A stretch of 62,921 nucleotides of DNA, the filler included, from Reclinomonas americana ATCC 50394 (Eukaryota): assembly GCA_048213135.1 (NCBI GenBank). It is 11 parts of 3 records of this genome, joined end to end, with 100 filler letters (N's around TTAATTAATTAA, not from the genome) between each part and the next. Parts side by side here need not be neighbours in the genome. Positions count along the whole stretch, not along the records: positions 4,321 to 30,284 come from PS015368.1; positions 30,385 to 34,066 come from PS015368.1; positions 34,167 to 39,138 come from PS015368.1; 8 more parts are not named here. One strand, written 5' to 3'. This document shows positions 11,346-36,300 of this stretch, one piece after another (the stretch's first letter is position 1; every line of letters begins with the position of its first letter). The notes beneath the pieces are model-generated. The model made no database searches. It was not told the DNA's origin and saw only the letters and a list, made by a program, of their open reading frames with translations. The translations under genes and the position numbers were made by a program.

Positions 11346-13327
11346 ATGAGTGACGACGGGCCATCATCAGCAGCAGCTGCAGCGGCTTCTGAGACCCCTC
11401 CTGTCGCCTTGCCCACTGACAAGCCCATTGCGGTGGTGGTGATTGGCATGGCGGGCTCCGGGAAGACCACCCTCATGCATGTTGCGTGTTGGTGGAAGTG
11501 ATACGAGGGAGACGTACACACGTACAAAGAGAGAAACGGCACAGTCACATACACACTTTCTGTCACACTCTCGCACTCGACACTTACACACAGGCAGCTG
11601 CAAGAGTGATCGAGGGTCGCCGAAGGCTGCACAACGGCAAGCACACAAGGACTGACGGGGTGCTGACATAGCTCGTTCTAGACAGAAGTCGCATCTTGGG
11701 TCGCGTGCATGCAGGAGAGACTGAATCATGAGCTGCTCCGTTCTTTCTCTCTCTCTCTCTCTGTTATCTTGCCTTTTCTCCCTCTCTCCTTCACGCACTC
11801 ACTCACACTGGCACCCCTGTAATCGTTCACACTCACACTCACGCACGCACGCACACTCACACACTCACACACGCACGCGCACACACACGCACACACACAC
11901 ACACGTAGCGCAGCTGGTCGACTTTGTGTTGTCTCACTTCTCCCTTTTCCCCTGCAGCGCATCCACGCCTACTCCCACGAACACGCCATCCCCTCCTACA
12001 TGATCAACCTCGACCCGGCCGTCAACTCGGTGCCCTACGGCTGCCACATTGACATTCGCGACACGGTCAACTACAAGCAAGGTATTGCCGTCGCCGTCTT
12101 CATTGCCCGCTCACCCTCCCGCCCTAACACACACCGGCATCACAGTAATGAAGGAGTACCGACTCGGCCCGAACGGCGGCATTCTGACGGCCCTCAACCT
12201 GTTCGCCACCCGCTTTGACCAGGTGCTGGGATTCGTCGAGAAGCGCTCCAAGTCGCACCGCTACGTGTTTTTGGATACGCCGGGCCAGATTGAGATCTTC
12301 ACGTGGAGTGCGAGTGGTTGCGTATTCTCCCCCCTTTGCTCTCCCCCTCTCGCTCTACATTTCCTCACCCTTCCCCTCTCTTCTCCCTTCTCCCCTCCGC
12401 AGGCGCCATCATCACCGAATCACTGGCCTACTCCTACCCCACCGTCGTCCTCTACGTCGTCGACACACCGCGCACGGTCTCACCCTCCACCTTCATGTCC
12501 AATATGCTCTACTCGTGCAGCATCATGTACAAGATGCGCGTCCCCTTCGTGCTCTGCTTCAACAAGACCGACGTGATTTCGCACGAGTTTGCGCTGGAGT
12601 GGATGCGGGATTCGGAGGCGTTCCAAGTTGAGGCGTGGTCCTGAAAGTCTCTCTCTCAATGACATTGCGAGTCAGCTGTTGCTCGCTTTGTCTCTCATTC
12701 CTCTTTCAGTCTCTCTCTCTCTCTCTCTCTCCCTCTTTCACTTTGTCTCTATGCTCTCTCAGTCTCTCTCTTTCTCTTCGTCTGTCTATCTGGCTGGCTG
12801 GCTGACTACTTGAATCTCTCTCTCTTCCTCCCCCCTTCCCCTCCTTCCCCTTCCTCTTCTTCTCACCCTTCCTCTTTCCCCCACCCTTCCCCCACCCACA
12901 GGAAGCCCTCCGCGGCGACGAATCCTACTCCTCCTCCCTCGCCCACTCCATGAGCTTCATGCTGGAGGAATTCTACTCCTCCATGCGCGTCGCCGGCGTC
13001 TCCGCCGTCAGCGGCGCCGGCATGGACGACCTGTTTGAGAAGATTCAGGAGGCGGGCTTGGAGTACATGCGCGAGTACAGGCCGGAGGTCGAGAAGCGGA
13101 TTTCGGCGCGAGTTTCGTCACAGCGCAAGGGTGTCTTCTCCTCCATTCTCTCTCTCACTCATGATCCATCGCAGGCTCTGGAAGAGGAGCGTCGCATGCA
13201 GACCGACACGGTGCGGTTGTTGGAGGATCTCGCGCTGGAGCGGCAAGGTGGTCCACCGGCGCGCATGCGCGGTGAGGAGGGAGATGAAGAGGAGGGTGAG
13301 GGAGATGAAGAAGGCGATGATGAGTGA
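11346..13327 (+). CDS. GPN1: GPN-loop GTPase 1 (XAB1/Npa3 ortholog)
   Basis: Six exons (11346-11480, 11958-12081, 12146-12316, 12403-12626, 12902-13111, 13175-13327) splice in frame. Motifs: [67 protein letters not shown], and an acidic tail. Confidence 0.96.
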
Positions 13328-13349
13328 AGTGGTCCTCGGTGAATAGACG

Positions 13350-14350
13350 AATCTCTCTGTTTCTTCTCTCTTTCCTTTCTTTGTGCTCTCTTGTTTCTTT
13401 CTTTCACTCTCTTCTTTCTATGAGTTCACTTTCTTTCTTTCTTTTCGTGCGCGCTCTCTCTGACTTTCTTCTCTCATTCTTTTCATTATGCTCTCGTTCT
13501 TACATTCTCCTTTCTTTCTTCAATCTCTCTCTCCCTCTCTGTTTCTTCTCTCCTTCCTTTCTTTGCGCTCTCTTGCTTCTTTCATTTACTCTCTTTATTC
13601 AAGGGGCTCACTTTATTACTTTCTTTCTGTGCTCATTCTCTCTCTTCTCTCTTTCTCTTCATTGTTCTTTCTTTCTTCTCCTTCTCCTTTCTTTCTTCAA
13701 TCTCTCTGTTTCTTCTCTCTTTCCTTTCTTTGTGCTCTCTTGTTTCTTTCTTTCACTCTCTTTTTCTCTCATTCTTCAATCTCTCTCTCTCTCTCTCTGT
13801 TTCTTCTCGTTTTCCTTTCTTTGTGCTCTCTTGTTTCTTTCTTTTACTCTCTTTTTTCTATGAGTTCAATTTCTTTCTTTCTTTCCGTGCGCGCTCTTTC
13901 TTCTCTCATTCTTTTCCTTATGCTCTCATTCTTACTCTCTTCTCCTTCTCCTTTCTTTCTTCAATCTCTCTCCCTCTCTGTTCATTCTCTCTTTCCTTTC
14001 TTTGTGCTCTCTTGTTTCTTTCTTTCCCTCTCTTCTTTCTATGAGTTCACTTTCTTTCTTTCTTTTCGTGCGCGCTCTCTCTGACTTTCTTCTCTTATTC
14101 TTTTCATTATGCTCTCTTTCTTTCTTTCTTCTCCTTCCTTATCCTTTTTCAGTCTCTCTCTCCCTCTCAGTCTTCTCGCTTTCATTTCTTTGTCCTCTCT
14201 TGTTTCTTTCTTTCGCTCTCTCATTTTCTTTCTCTCTCACTTGCTTTCTTTCAGTCTGTCGTGCTTTCTTCTCTGTTCCTTTTCATTGACCTTCCTTTCT
14301 TTCTGCTCCACTCTGTCTCTCTCTCTCTCACTCCTCTCATTCTTTCTTTC
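13350..14350. repeat. Degenerate pyrimidine-rich tandem/segmental repeat downstream of GPN1
   Basis: The blocks 'ttcctttctttgtgctctcttgtttctttc' and 'atgagttcactttctttctttcttttcgtgcgcgctctctctgac' recur (13420, 14041, with a variant at 13860). Confidence 0.7.
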
Positions 14351-15217
14351 CTANNNNNNNNNNNNNNNNNNNNNNNNNNNNNNNNNNNNNNNNNNNNNNN
14401 NNNNNNNNNNNNNNNNNNNNNNNNNNNNNNNNNNNNNNNNNNNNNNNNNNNNNNNNNNNNNNNNNNNNNNNNNNNNNNNNNNNNNNNNNNNNNNNNNNNN
14501 NNNNNNNNNNNNNNNNNNNNNNNNNNNNNNNNNNNNNNNNNNNNNNNNNNNNNNNNNNNNNNNNNNNNNNNNNNNNNNNNNNNNNNNNNNNNNNNNNNNN
14601 NNNNNNNNNNNNNNNNNNNNNNNNNNNNNNNNNNNNNNNNNNNNNNNNNNNNNNNNNNNNNNNNNNNNNNNNNNNNNNNNNNNNNNNNNNNNNNNNNNNN
14701 NNNNNNNNNNNNNNNNNNNNNNNNNNNNNNNNNNNNNNNNNNNNNNNNNNNNNNNNNNNNNNNNNNNNNNNNNNNNNNNNNNNNNNNNNNNNNNNNNNNN
14801 NNNNNNNNNNNNNNNNNNNNNNNNNNNNNNNNNNNNNNNNNNNNNNNNNNNNNNNNNNNNNNNNNNNNNNNNNNNNNNNNNNNNNNNNNNNNNNNNNNNN
14901 NNNNNNNNNNNNNNNNNNNNNNNNNNNNNNNNNNNNNNNNNNNNNNNNNNNNNNNNNNNNNNNTTTTTCTTTCTTTTCTCTCTCTCTTTTTCTGTGCTCC
15001 TTCTCCTCTCTTTCTTTCTTCTCCTCCTCCTTTCCCTACTCCCTTTCTTCTCTTTCCTTTCACTGTGCCCCCTCTTTGCCAACACATGCTATCACCTTCT
15101 CCTCTCCGTTCATTTTTGCACTGACTTAGAAAGGCTGCAAACGGCCGACGAGCGAGGAAACACAAAGGGGGCTGGCAAAGAGAGACGCATCGCGCTCCGG
15201 ATTTGAGATTCCTCGAA

Positions 15218-21040
<5,823 letters not shown>

Positions 21041-21731
21041 TGAAAGGTGAAGGAAGGAGGTGTGCGCGTGCGCAGGGAGATGATAAAGGATTGGGTGCGG
21101 AAAATTGAGTGGTCGGTTGTTCGGATGTTCGCAAATTCGTTGAGGGGGGGTGTAGGTCGGTGTATTAATACTTTNNNNNNNNNNNNNNNNNNNNNNNNNN
21201 NNNNNNNNNNNNNNNNNNNNNNNNNNNNNNNNNNNNNNNNNNNNNNNNNNNNNNNNNNNNNNNNNNNNNNNNNNNNNNNNNNNNNNNNNNNNNNNNNNNN
21301 NNNNNNNNNNNNNNNNNNNNNNNNNNNNNNNNNNNNNNNNNNNNNNNNNNNNNNNNNNNNNNNNNNNNNNNNNNNNNNNNNNNNNNNNNNNNNNNNNNNN
21401 NNNNNNNNNNNNNNNNNNNNNNNNNNNNNNNNNNNNNNNNNNNNNNNNNNNNNNNNNNNNNNNNNNNNNNNNNNNNNNNNNNNNNNNNNNNNNNNNNNNN
21501 NNNNNNNNNNNNNNNNNNNNNNNNNNNNNNNNNNNNNNNNNNNNNNNNNNNNNNNNNNNNNNNNNNNNNNNNNNNNNNNNNNNNNNNNNNNNNNNNNNNN
21601 NNNNNNNNNNNNNNNNNNNNNNNNNNNNNNNNNNNNNNNNNNNNNNNNNNNNNNNNNNNNNNNNNNNNNNNNNNNNNNNNNNNNNNNNNNNNNNNNNNNN
21701 NNNNNNNNNNNNNNNNNNNNNNNNNNNNNNN

Positions 21732-21830
21732 AAAAGAAATAATGCCCAGCATTCAGAAGCAAAAAGAAATAATGCCCAGCATTCAGAAGCAAAAAGAAAG
21801 AATGCTGGCCAGGAAAACTTATACTGCCGG
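21732..21830. repeat. Subterminal 30-bp tandem repeat (AAAAAGAAATAATGCCCAGCATTCAGAAGC), 2 copies plus degenerate copies
   Basis: Read directly. It probably continues into the adjacent N gap, and related motifs occur at 30211-30266. Confidence 0.85.
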
Positions 21831-22217
21831 CGACCAAGGACGACCCTTTCAAAGCGATCAATAGGCGAAACGGAAGCGTTTTCGTCACGTATAAAACCGC
21901 GAGGTTCCACCTGCAGCGCAGCATAATCGGATCCTTTTGGCGAATGCGCTCAAAGCATTGCGGACAGCTGAGCAGCGACACGACTGATCGACGGTGCTGT
22001 GGGATGACTGATGCAACTGCCCAGAGTCGATGTACAGTACTTCGATATCCATCTGATCGATCGACAGAAGTTGCTGCCAGTCCGACGAGGCGACGCTGCT
22101 TGAAGAAGATTTCCGTCGCTCCGATTGAAGTGGCATCGACTTGTACAGATATCTTGCACCTCCTGCTTTACTTCATGCCTTGCACCATCTTCATGATCAT
22201 ACTGATTATGCTTTGAC

Positions 22218-30065
<7,848 letters not shown>

Positions 30066-30384
30066 GTCACGCAACACACACACACACGACTACAAACGGG
30101 CACAGCGTTGGCTTCCAGTCACAAGGCGTCGCGTGACGCACAAACTCGGCACGTCAGCACTACGCAACTCTGGCAACAACGACACGGGAACGACTTTGAC
30201 CACAGACGCCAAAACTTATAATGCCGGGCCAAAAAGAAATAATGCTGCTCGCAAAAGTTATAATACTTTGTCCCCCACCCCCCCNNNNNNNNNNNNNNNN
30301 NNNNNNNNNNNNNNNNNNNNNNNNNNNNTTAATTAATTAANNNNNNNNNNNNNNNNNNNNNNNNNNNNNNNNNNNNNNNNNNNN

Positions 30385-33300
30385 CGCAGGCGCTGGATGT
30401 GCAGCAAGAACGGCTGAAGGAAGATGAGAATGAAAGCTTGGCCAATCGCGGAAAACTGAAGACCGCCTGCGCGACAGAAGAATCGATTGAATCAGCACAC
30501 ACCTCGAGCTCACGGAAACGATTGAGAGACAAGATCAAGAAAGTCTATCTCACGTACCAGTGCACAGAAGACACAGGGCGAGCAGCGTCCTCGTTCCTGG
30601 ATCCAGCGACGCGCAACGGTCTCCGTCACTCAGCAAACGGCGCCATCGCTGCACGAGAAGCTCACCGCGAGGCCACGGATTGTCACCGTTTGCGACCTGC
30701 CCCTCATCTCCATCAGCAGCACCGTCGCTCGCGACGGCAACAGCATCAATCGCGCGAGCGAGGCGCTCCTGCTCCTCAGCAAACTCGCGAAGCTGCGTCT
30801 GGATACCGTCTCCGCTCCAAGAGGCCCGCCCGCTCGCCAAGGCACCGTGGACGAGCGTTGATTTGAGACGAGGCGGTGGACGACACACGTTGCGTCGGTG
30901 TTCATCGGAGATGCTGTGCACCTGGCAGAGATGCTCCAGCAGCACACATTGCGAGACGTTGCCCAGGACTGNNNNNNNNNNNNNNNNNNNNNNNNNNNNN
31001 NNNNNNNNNNNNNNNNNNNNNNNNNNNNNNNNNNNNNNNNNNNNNNNNNNNNNNNNNNNNNNNNNNNNNNNNNNNNNNNNNNNNNNNNNNNNNNNNNNNN
31101 NNNNNNNNNNNNNNNNNNNNNNNNNNNNNNNNNNNNNNNNNNNNNNNNNNNNNNNNNNNNNNNNNNNNNNNNNNNNNNNNNNNNNNNNNNNNNNNNNNNN
31201 NNNNNNNNNNNNNNNNNNNNNNNNNNNNNNNNNNNNNNNNNNNNNNNNNNNNNNNNNNNNNNNNNNNNNNNNNNNNNNNNNNNNNNNNNNNNNNNNNNNN
31301 NNNNNNNNNNNNNNNNNNNNNNNNNNNNNNNNNNNNNNNNNNNNNNNNNNNNNNNNNNNNNNNNNNNNNNNNNNNNNNNNNNNNNNNNNNNNNNNNNNNN
31401 NNNNNNNNNNNNNNNNNNNNNNNNNNNNNNNNNNNNNNNNNNNNNNNNNNNNNNNNNNNNNNNNNNNNNNNNNNNNNNNNNNNNNNNNNNNNNNNNNNNN
31501 NNNNNNNNNNNNNNNNNNNNNNNNNNNNNNNNNNNNNNNNNNNNNNNNNNNNNNNNNNNNNNNNNNNNNNNNNNNNNNNNNNNNNNNNNNNNNNNNNNNN
31601 NNNNNNNNNNNNNNNNNNNNNNNNNNNNNNNNNNNNNNNNNNNNNNNNNNNNNNNNNNNNNNNNNNNNNNNNNNNNNNNNNNNNNNNNNNNNNNGAGAGA
31701 GAGGAGACACAAAGAGGAGAGAGAAAAGGGAGACACAGCGCACAAAACAAAGAGCAATGTGCAGAGACAAACTGGTGTGACACGAAAAAAGAGAAAGAAA
31801 GGAAAAGAGCGAAAGGAATTCAGAGAGAAAGGAACAGAGAGAGAGAGAGAGAGGCAAAGAGAAGAAAGGCGGAGCAAGTGCACACGGAGGGTGACATACG
31901 ATTGTAATACAAAGAACCACGAGAGGCACGCCGCTGATGTCGCGTGAAGGTCACAAAGGACAGACTGATTGACGCAGGACAGAGCCTTCGTGCAGAGTGT
32001 CGCTCTCACACACAAACGCACACACACACACGCTCTCTCTCTCTCACACATACACAACCAAGAGAGAGAAAGAAAGAGAGAGGCAATGTGCGAGTGTCTA
32101 GGAACGAACCCTGGAGTTGGCCCTTCCCCAACTTGCGGCGATAGTCTCGCAACCCCCTGCTGGTGCCCATGTCAGCCACGATCTCCGCCGCCGCTGCCCC
32201 CGCCTCCACAGCAAGCTCCGATGCCTCGCCAGCGGGCTCCGCCTCCGCCTCCGCCTCCGCCTCCGCCTCCACCTCCACCTCCACCTCCATCTCAACCGTG
32301 GCTGCTGCGTCGGCACCACTCTCGTCACTCGGCATCGCCATTGGTGCATCCGTGACCTGATCCTGCGGTTCGTACGCGTGGCCGCGCGCATGCGCACGCA
32401 CATGCGTTACCAAGTCCAAAAGTGCGCTCCTCGCTGCAGTATCCTCCACGGCGAGTGAGTTCCAGTACGTTCCGACGCGCAACTCGTGCTCGAAGGCCGC
32501 TCGCGCTTCCGCACTTCTCGCATTGTTGCCGACAGCCGAATGACAAGAGTCCAATGGTNNNNNNNNNNNNNNNNNNNNNNNNNNNNNNNNNNNNNNNNNN
32601 NNNNNNNNNNNNNNNNNNNNNNNNNNNNNNNNNNNNNNNNNNNNNNNNNNNNNNNNNNNNNNNNNNNNNNNNNNNNNNNNNNNNNNNNNNNNNNNNNNNN
32701 NNNNNGATGCATCTCAATGCATGCAGCTCACGCTCGCGCGCTCCACTCGCAACTCTGGCCGGTGTGCCTGCATGCATATGCAGTCCAGTCGTAAGGAAGA
32801 ATCGGTACAACGGTGCAACTTCGCTGGCTGACATTTTGAATAAGGGATGTACCTTGAAACACGCGACACAAGGCCGACGCGACAGCATTTGCGGAGGCCG
32901 AGGTGGTCGACGTGAACACGAGTGGTGCCCATTGGACCAAGAACAGCTTGCAGTCGTCTTGCCACAATGCCGTTGACGGTGCCCGACGACAATCGATGAC
33001 AGCAATGGCAGCGTGTGTTGCAACGCTGCTGGATGACCCGGAACTAGAGGAAGCGCCTCCTGCAGCTGCGGCCGCAGTGCGGGTCGAACTGGTCACCACC
33101 GCCTTATGCATGCTCAGGAAGGACAGTGCCAGGTTCACATCGATCGCGCCTCGCTCAGCGCGAAGGCAATCAAGCTTGTCAGCATCGCAACGAGCTGACT
33201 GCCGAAGGTCGGAAATCGCCCGCTTCGCGAACTGCCTCACGTTGTCCTTGCTGGATCCATTGGAAACAATGCCAGTAAGAACACAGAGAGAGAGATCGCG

Positions 33301-36300
33301 CGCACCAAGAGCAAAGCACGGTGACGCACATCAATCGTTTGGCAACATCATCAGGCCCCGCATCGTCGAGGACCTTCAGCAACAAGAGATCCAGCGCCTC
33401 GCAATCGGTGTCACGGTCGGCCAGGGTCGCCGCCGCAGTGTGCGAGAAGTACGCCCTTGAAGACCGCGACATCGCCAATGCGTTTGCTATGGCAGCGAAA
33501 AATGTTCGCAGGGCTGGAAAAGCAAAACAACGCACTCAATCAGTGATGGAAGTATGATTGGTGCACACCGGTCACACAAGTTTCTCACCAGCGAGTGCGG
33601 TCTTCTCTGTCTTCGTCAACGTGACGCGGGGGGCGCCGACCGATGCAGTTGAGTCTGTCACGGTCGCGGTCGGCGCAGCTGCTGTGGGCACTGCGGTCGG
33701 TGCAGTGTTTCGAGGGGTCACAATCGGCTCCTCCTCCTCCTCTTCTTCTTCTTCTTCCTCCTCCTCTTCCTCCTCCACTTCGTCCACATCCACTGCCGCA
33801 CCAGCATTCTCGTGGAGAGGAACAAGGCCATCCACCACCGCAACGTCGACTTCTGGATTCTGCTCCTCCTGCTCTTCTTGCCGATCCAGCTCCTTGAGCG
33901 TCTCCTCCGAAAAGCCAATCACATCGGCACTCCCGACGCATGTCGACCATTCCGACACCGGTGTTGCACGCAGTGTTGTGCACAAGAGCTCCACCCGTTG
34001 ACACGCACACAGGCAGAAGGCAGCCACTCCGGCAGCGGCGTCATCGCGTCCTGGTGCGGCACGTGTNNNNNNNNNNNNNNNNNNNNNNNNNNNNNNNNNN
34101 NNNNNNNNNNTTAATTAATTAANNNNNNNNNNNNNNNNNNNNNNNNNNNNNNNNNNNNNNNNNNNNGATTCTCTCCGCACTCTGCGACGTGTGCGAGTCT
34201 CCCATACCGCGCTGAGTGTCGCGCTCCATCATCTGGCCGAAATCGTCGCTGGCGGCGTCACAGCATCCGTCAATCTGGTGACAGAACACCGCGTGCAACA
34301 TCGCAGCAACTCTGGAAGCGAGAGAACAGACCACTGCTGTTGCGCTTCCTCAACTTCATTGTCGACATTCCCTCCGTCGACTGTGATGCCNNNNNNNNNN
34401 NNNNNNNNNNNNNNNNNNNNNNNNNNNNNNNNNNNNNNNNNNNNNNNNNNNNNNNNNNNNNNNNNNNNNNNNNNNNNNNNNNNNNNNNNNNNNNNNNNNN
34501 NNNNNNNNNNNNNNNNNNNNNNNNNNNNNNNNNNNNNNNNNNNNNNNNNNNNNNNNNNNNNNNNNNNNNNNNNNNNNNNNNNNNNNNNNNNNNNNNNNNN
34601 NNNNNNNNNNNNNNNNNNNNNNNNNNNNNNNNNNNNNNNNNNNNNNNNNNNNNNNNNNNNNNNNNNNNNNNNNNNNNNNNNNNNNNNNNNNNNNNNNNNN
34701 NNNNNNNNNNNNNNNNNNNNNNNNNNNNNNNNNNNNNNNNNNNNNNNNNNNNNNNNNNNNNNNNNNNNNNNNNNNNNNNNNNNNNNNNNNNNNNNNNNNN
34801 NNNNNNNNNNNNNNNNNNNNNNNNNNNNNNNNNNNNNNNNNNNNNNNNNNNNNNNNNNNNNNNNNNNNNNNNNNNNNNNNNNNNNNNNNNNNNNNNNNNN
34901 NNNNNNNNNNNNNNNNNNNNNNNNNNNNNNNNNNNNNNNNNNNNNNNNNNNNNNNNNNNNNNNNNNNNNNNNNNNNNNNNNNNNNNNNNNNNNNNNNNNN
35001 NNNNNNNNNNNNNNNNNNNNNNNNNNNNNNNNNNNNNNNNNNNNNNNNNNNNNNNNNNNNNNNNNNNNTCGGCTGGGCGACAGAACGAGCGTGGGGAGTC
35101 GTGTTTTCGACCGTATCCGGGATACGCCGAGCGCACGCTGAAGCAGCTGCCCCGCCTCGGCCTCGACTGGCCGTCGGTGAGTGGGCGCGTTTTGTTGCAG
35201 CACTGATTAATTGGCCATGGGGTTTCTGTTGCCTGACTGCACTGTCNNNNNNNNNNNNNNNNNNNNNNNNNNNNNNNNNNNNNNNNNNNNNNNNNNNNNN
35301 NNNNNNNNNNNNNNNNNNNNNNNNNNNNNNNNNNNNNNNNNNNNNNNNNNNNNNNNNNNNNNNNNNNNNNNNNNNNNNNNNNNNNNNNNNNNNNNNNNNN
35401 NNNNNNNNNNNNNNNNNNNNNNNNNNNNNNNNNNNNNNNNNNNNNNNNNNNNNNNNNNNNNNNNNNNNNNNNNNNNNNNNNNNNNNNNNNNNNNNNNNNN
35501 NNNNNNNNNNNNNNNNNNNNNNNNNNNNNNNNNNNNNNNNNNNNNNNNNNNNNNNNNNNNNNNNNNNNNNNNNNNNNNNNNNNNNNNNNNNNNNNNNNNN
35601 NNNNNNNNNNNNNNNNNNNNNNNNNNNNNNNNNNNNNNNNNNNNNNNNNNNNNNNNNNNNNNNNNNNNNNNNNNNNNNNNNNNNNNNNNNNNNNNNNNNN
35701 NNNNNNNNNNNNNNNNNNNNNNNNNNNNNNNNNNNNNNNNNNNNNNNNNNNNNNNNNNNNNNNNNNNNNNNNNNNNNNNNNNNNNNNNNNNNNNNNNNNN
35801 NNNNNNNNNNNNNNNNNNNNNNNNNNNNNNNNNNNNNNNNNNNNNNNNNNNNNNNNNNNNNNNNNNNNNNNNNNNNNNNNNNNNNNNNNNNNNNNNNNNN
35901 NNNNNNNNNNNNNNNNNNNNNNNNNNNNNNNNNNNNNNNNNNNNNNNNNNNNNNNNNNNNNNNNNNNNNNNNNNNNNNNNNNNNNNNNNNNNNNNNNNNN
36001 NNNNNNNNNNNNNNNNNNNNNNNNNNNNNNNNNNNNNNNNNNNNNNNNNNNNNNNNNNNNNNNNNNNNNNNNNNNNNNNNNNNNNNNNNNNNNNNNNNNN
36101 NNNNNNNNNNNNNNNNNNNNNNNNNNNNNNNNNNNNNNNNNNNNNNNNNNNNNNNNNNNNNNNNNNNNNNNCCCAGAATAAACATGCAAGCATGCACAAT
36201 GAGTCACACAACCGATGCTGAAAAAAAGTAATGGATCCATAGACTTACGCACTCAGCACTGTCGTGATACGAGAGAGAGAGGCCGAAGACTCGGTCATGC

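Noticed and set aside
21732..21800. 30-bp repeats with internal palindrome resembling CRISPR repeats
   Set aside because: They are directly tandem with no spacers, no cas genes are present, and the context is eukaryotic. Better explained as transposon subterminal repeats.
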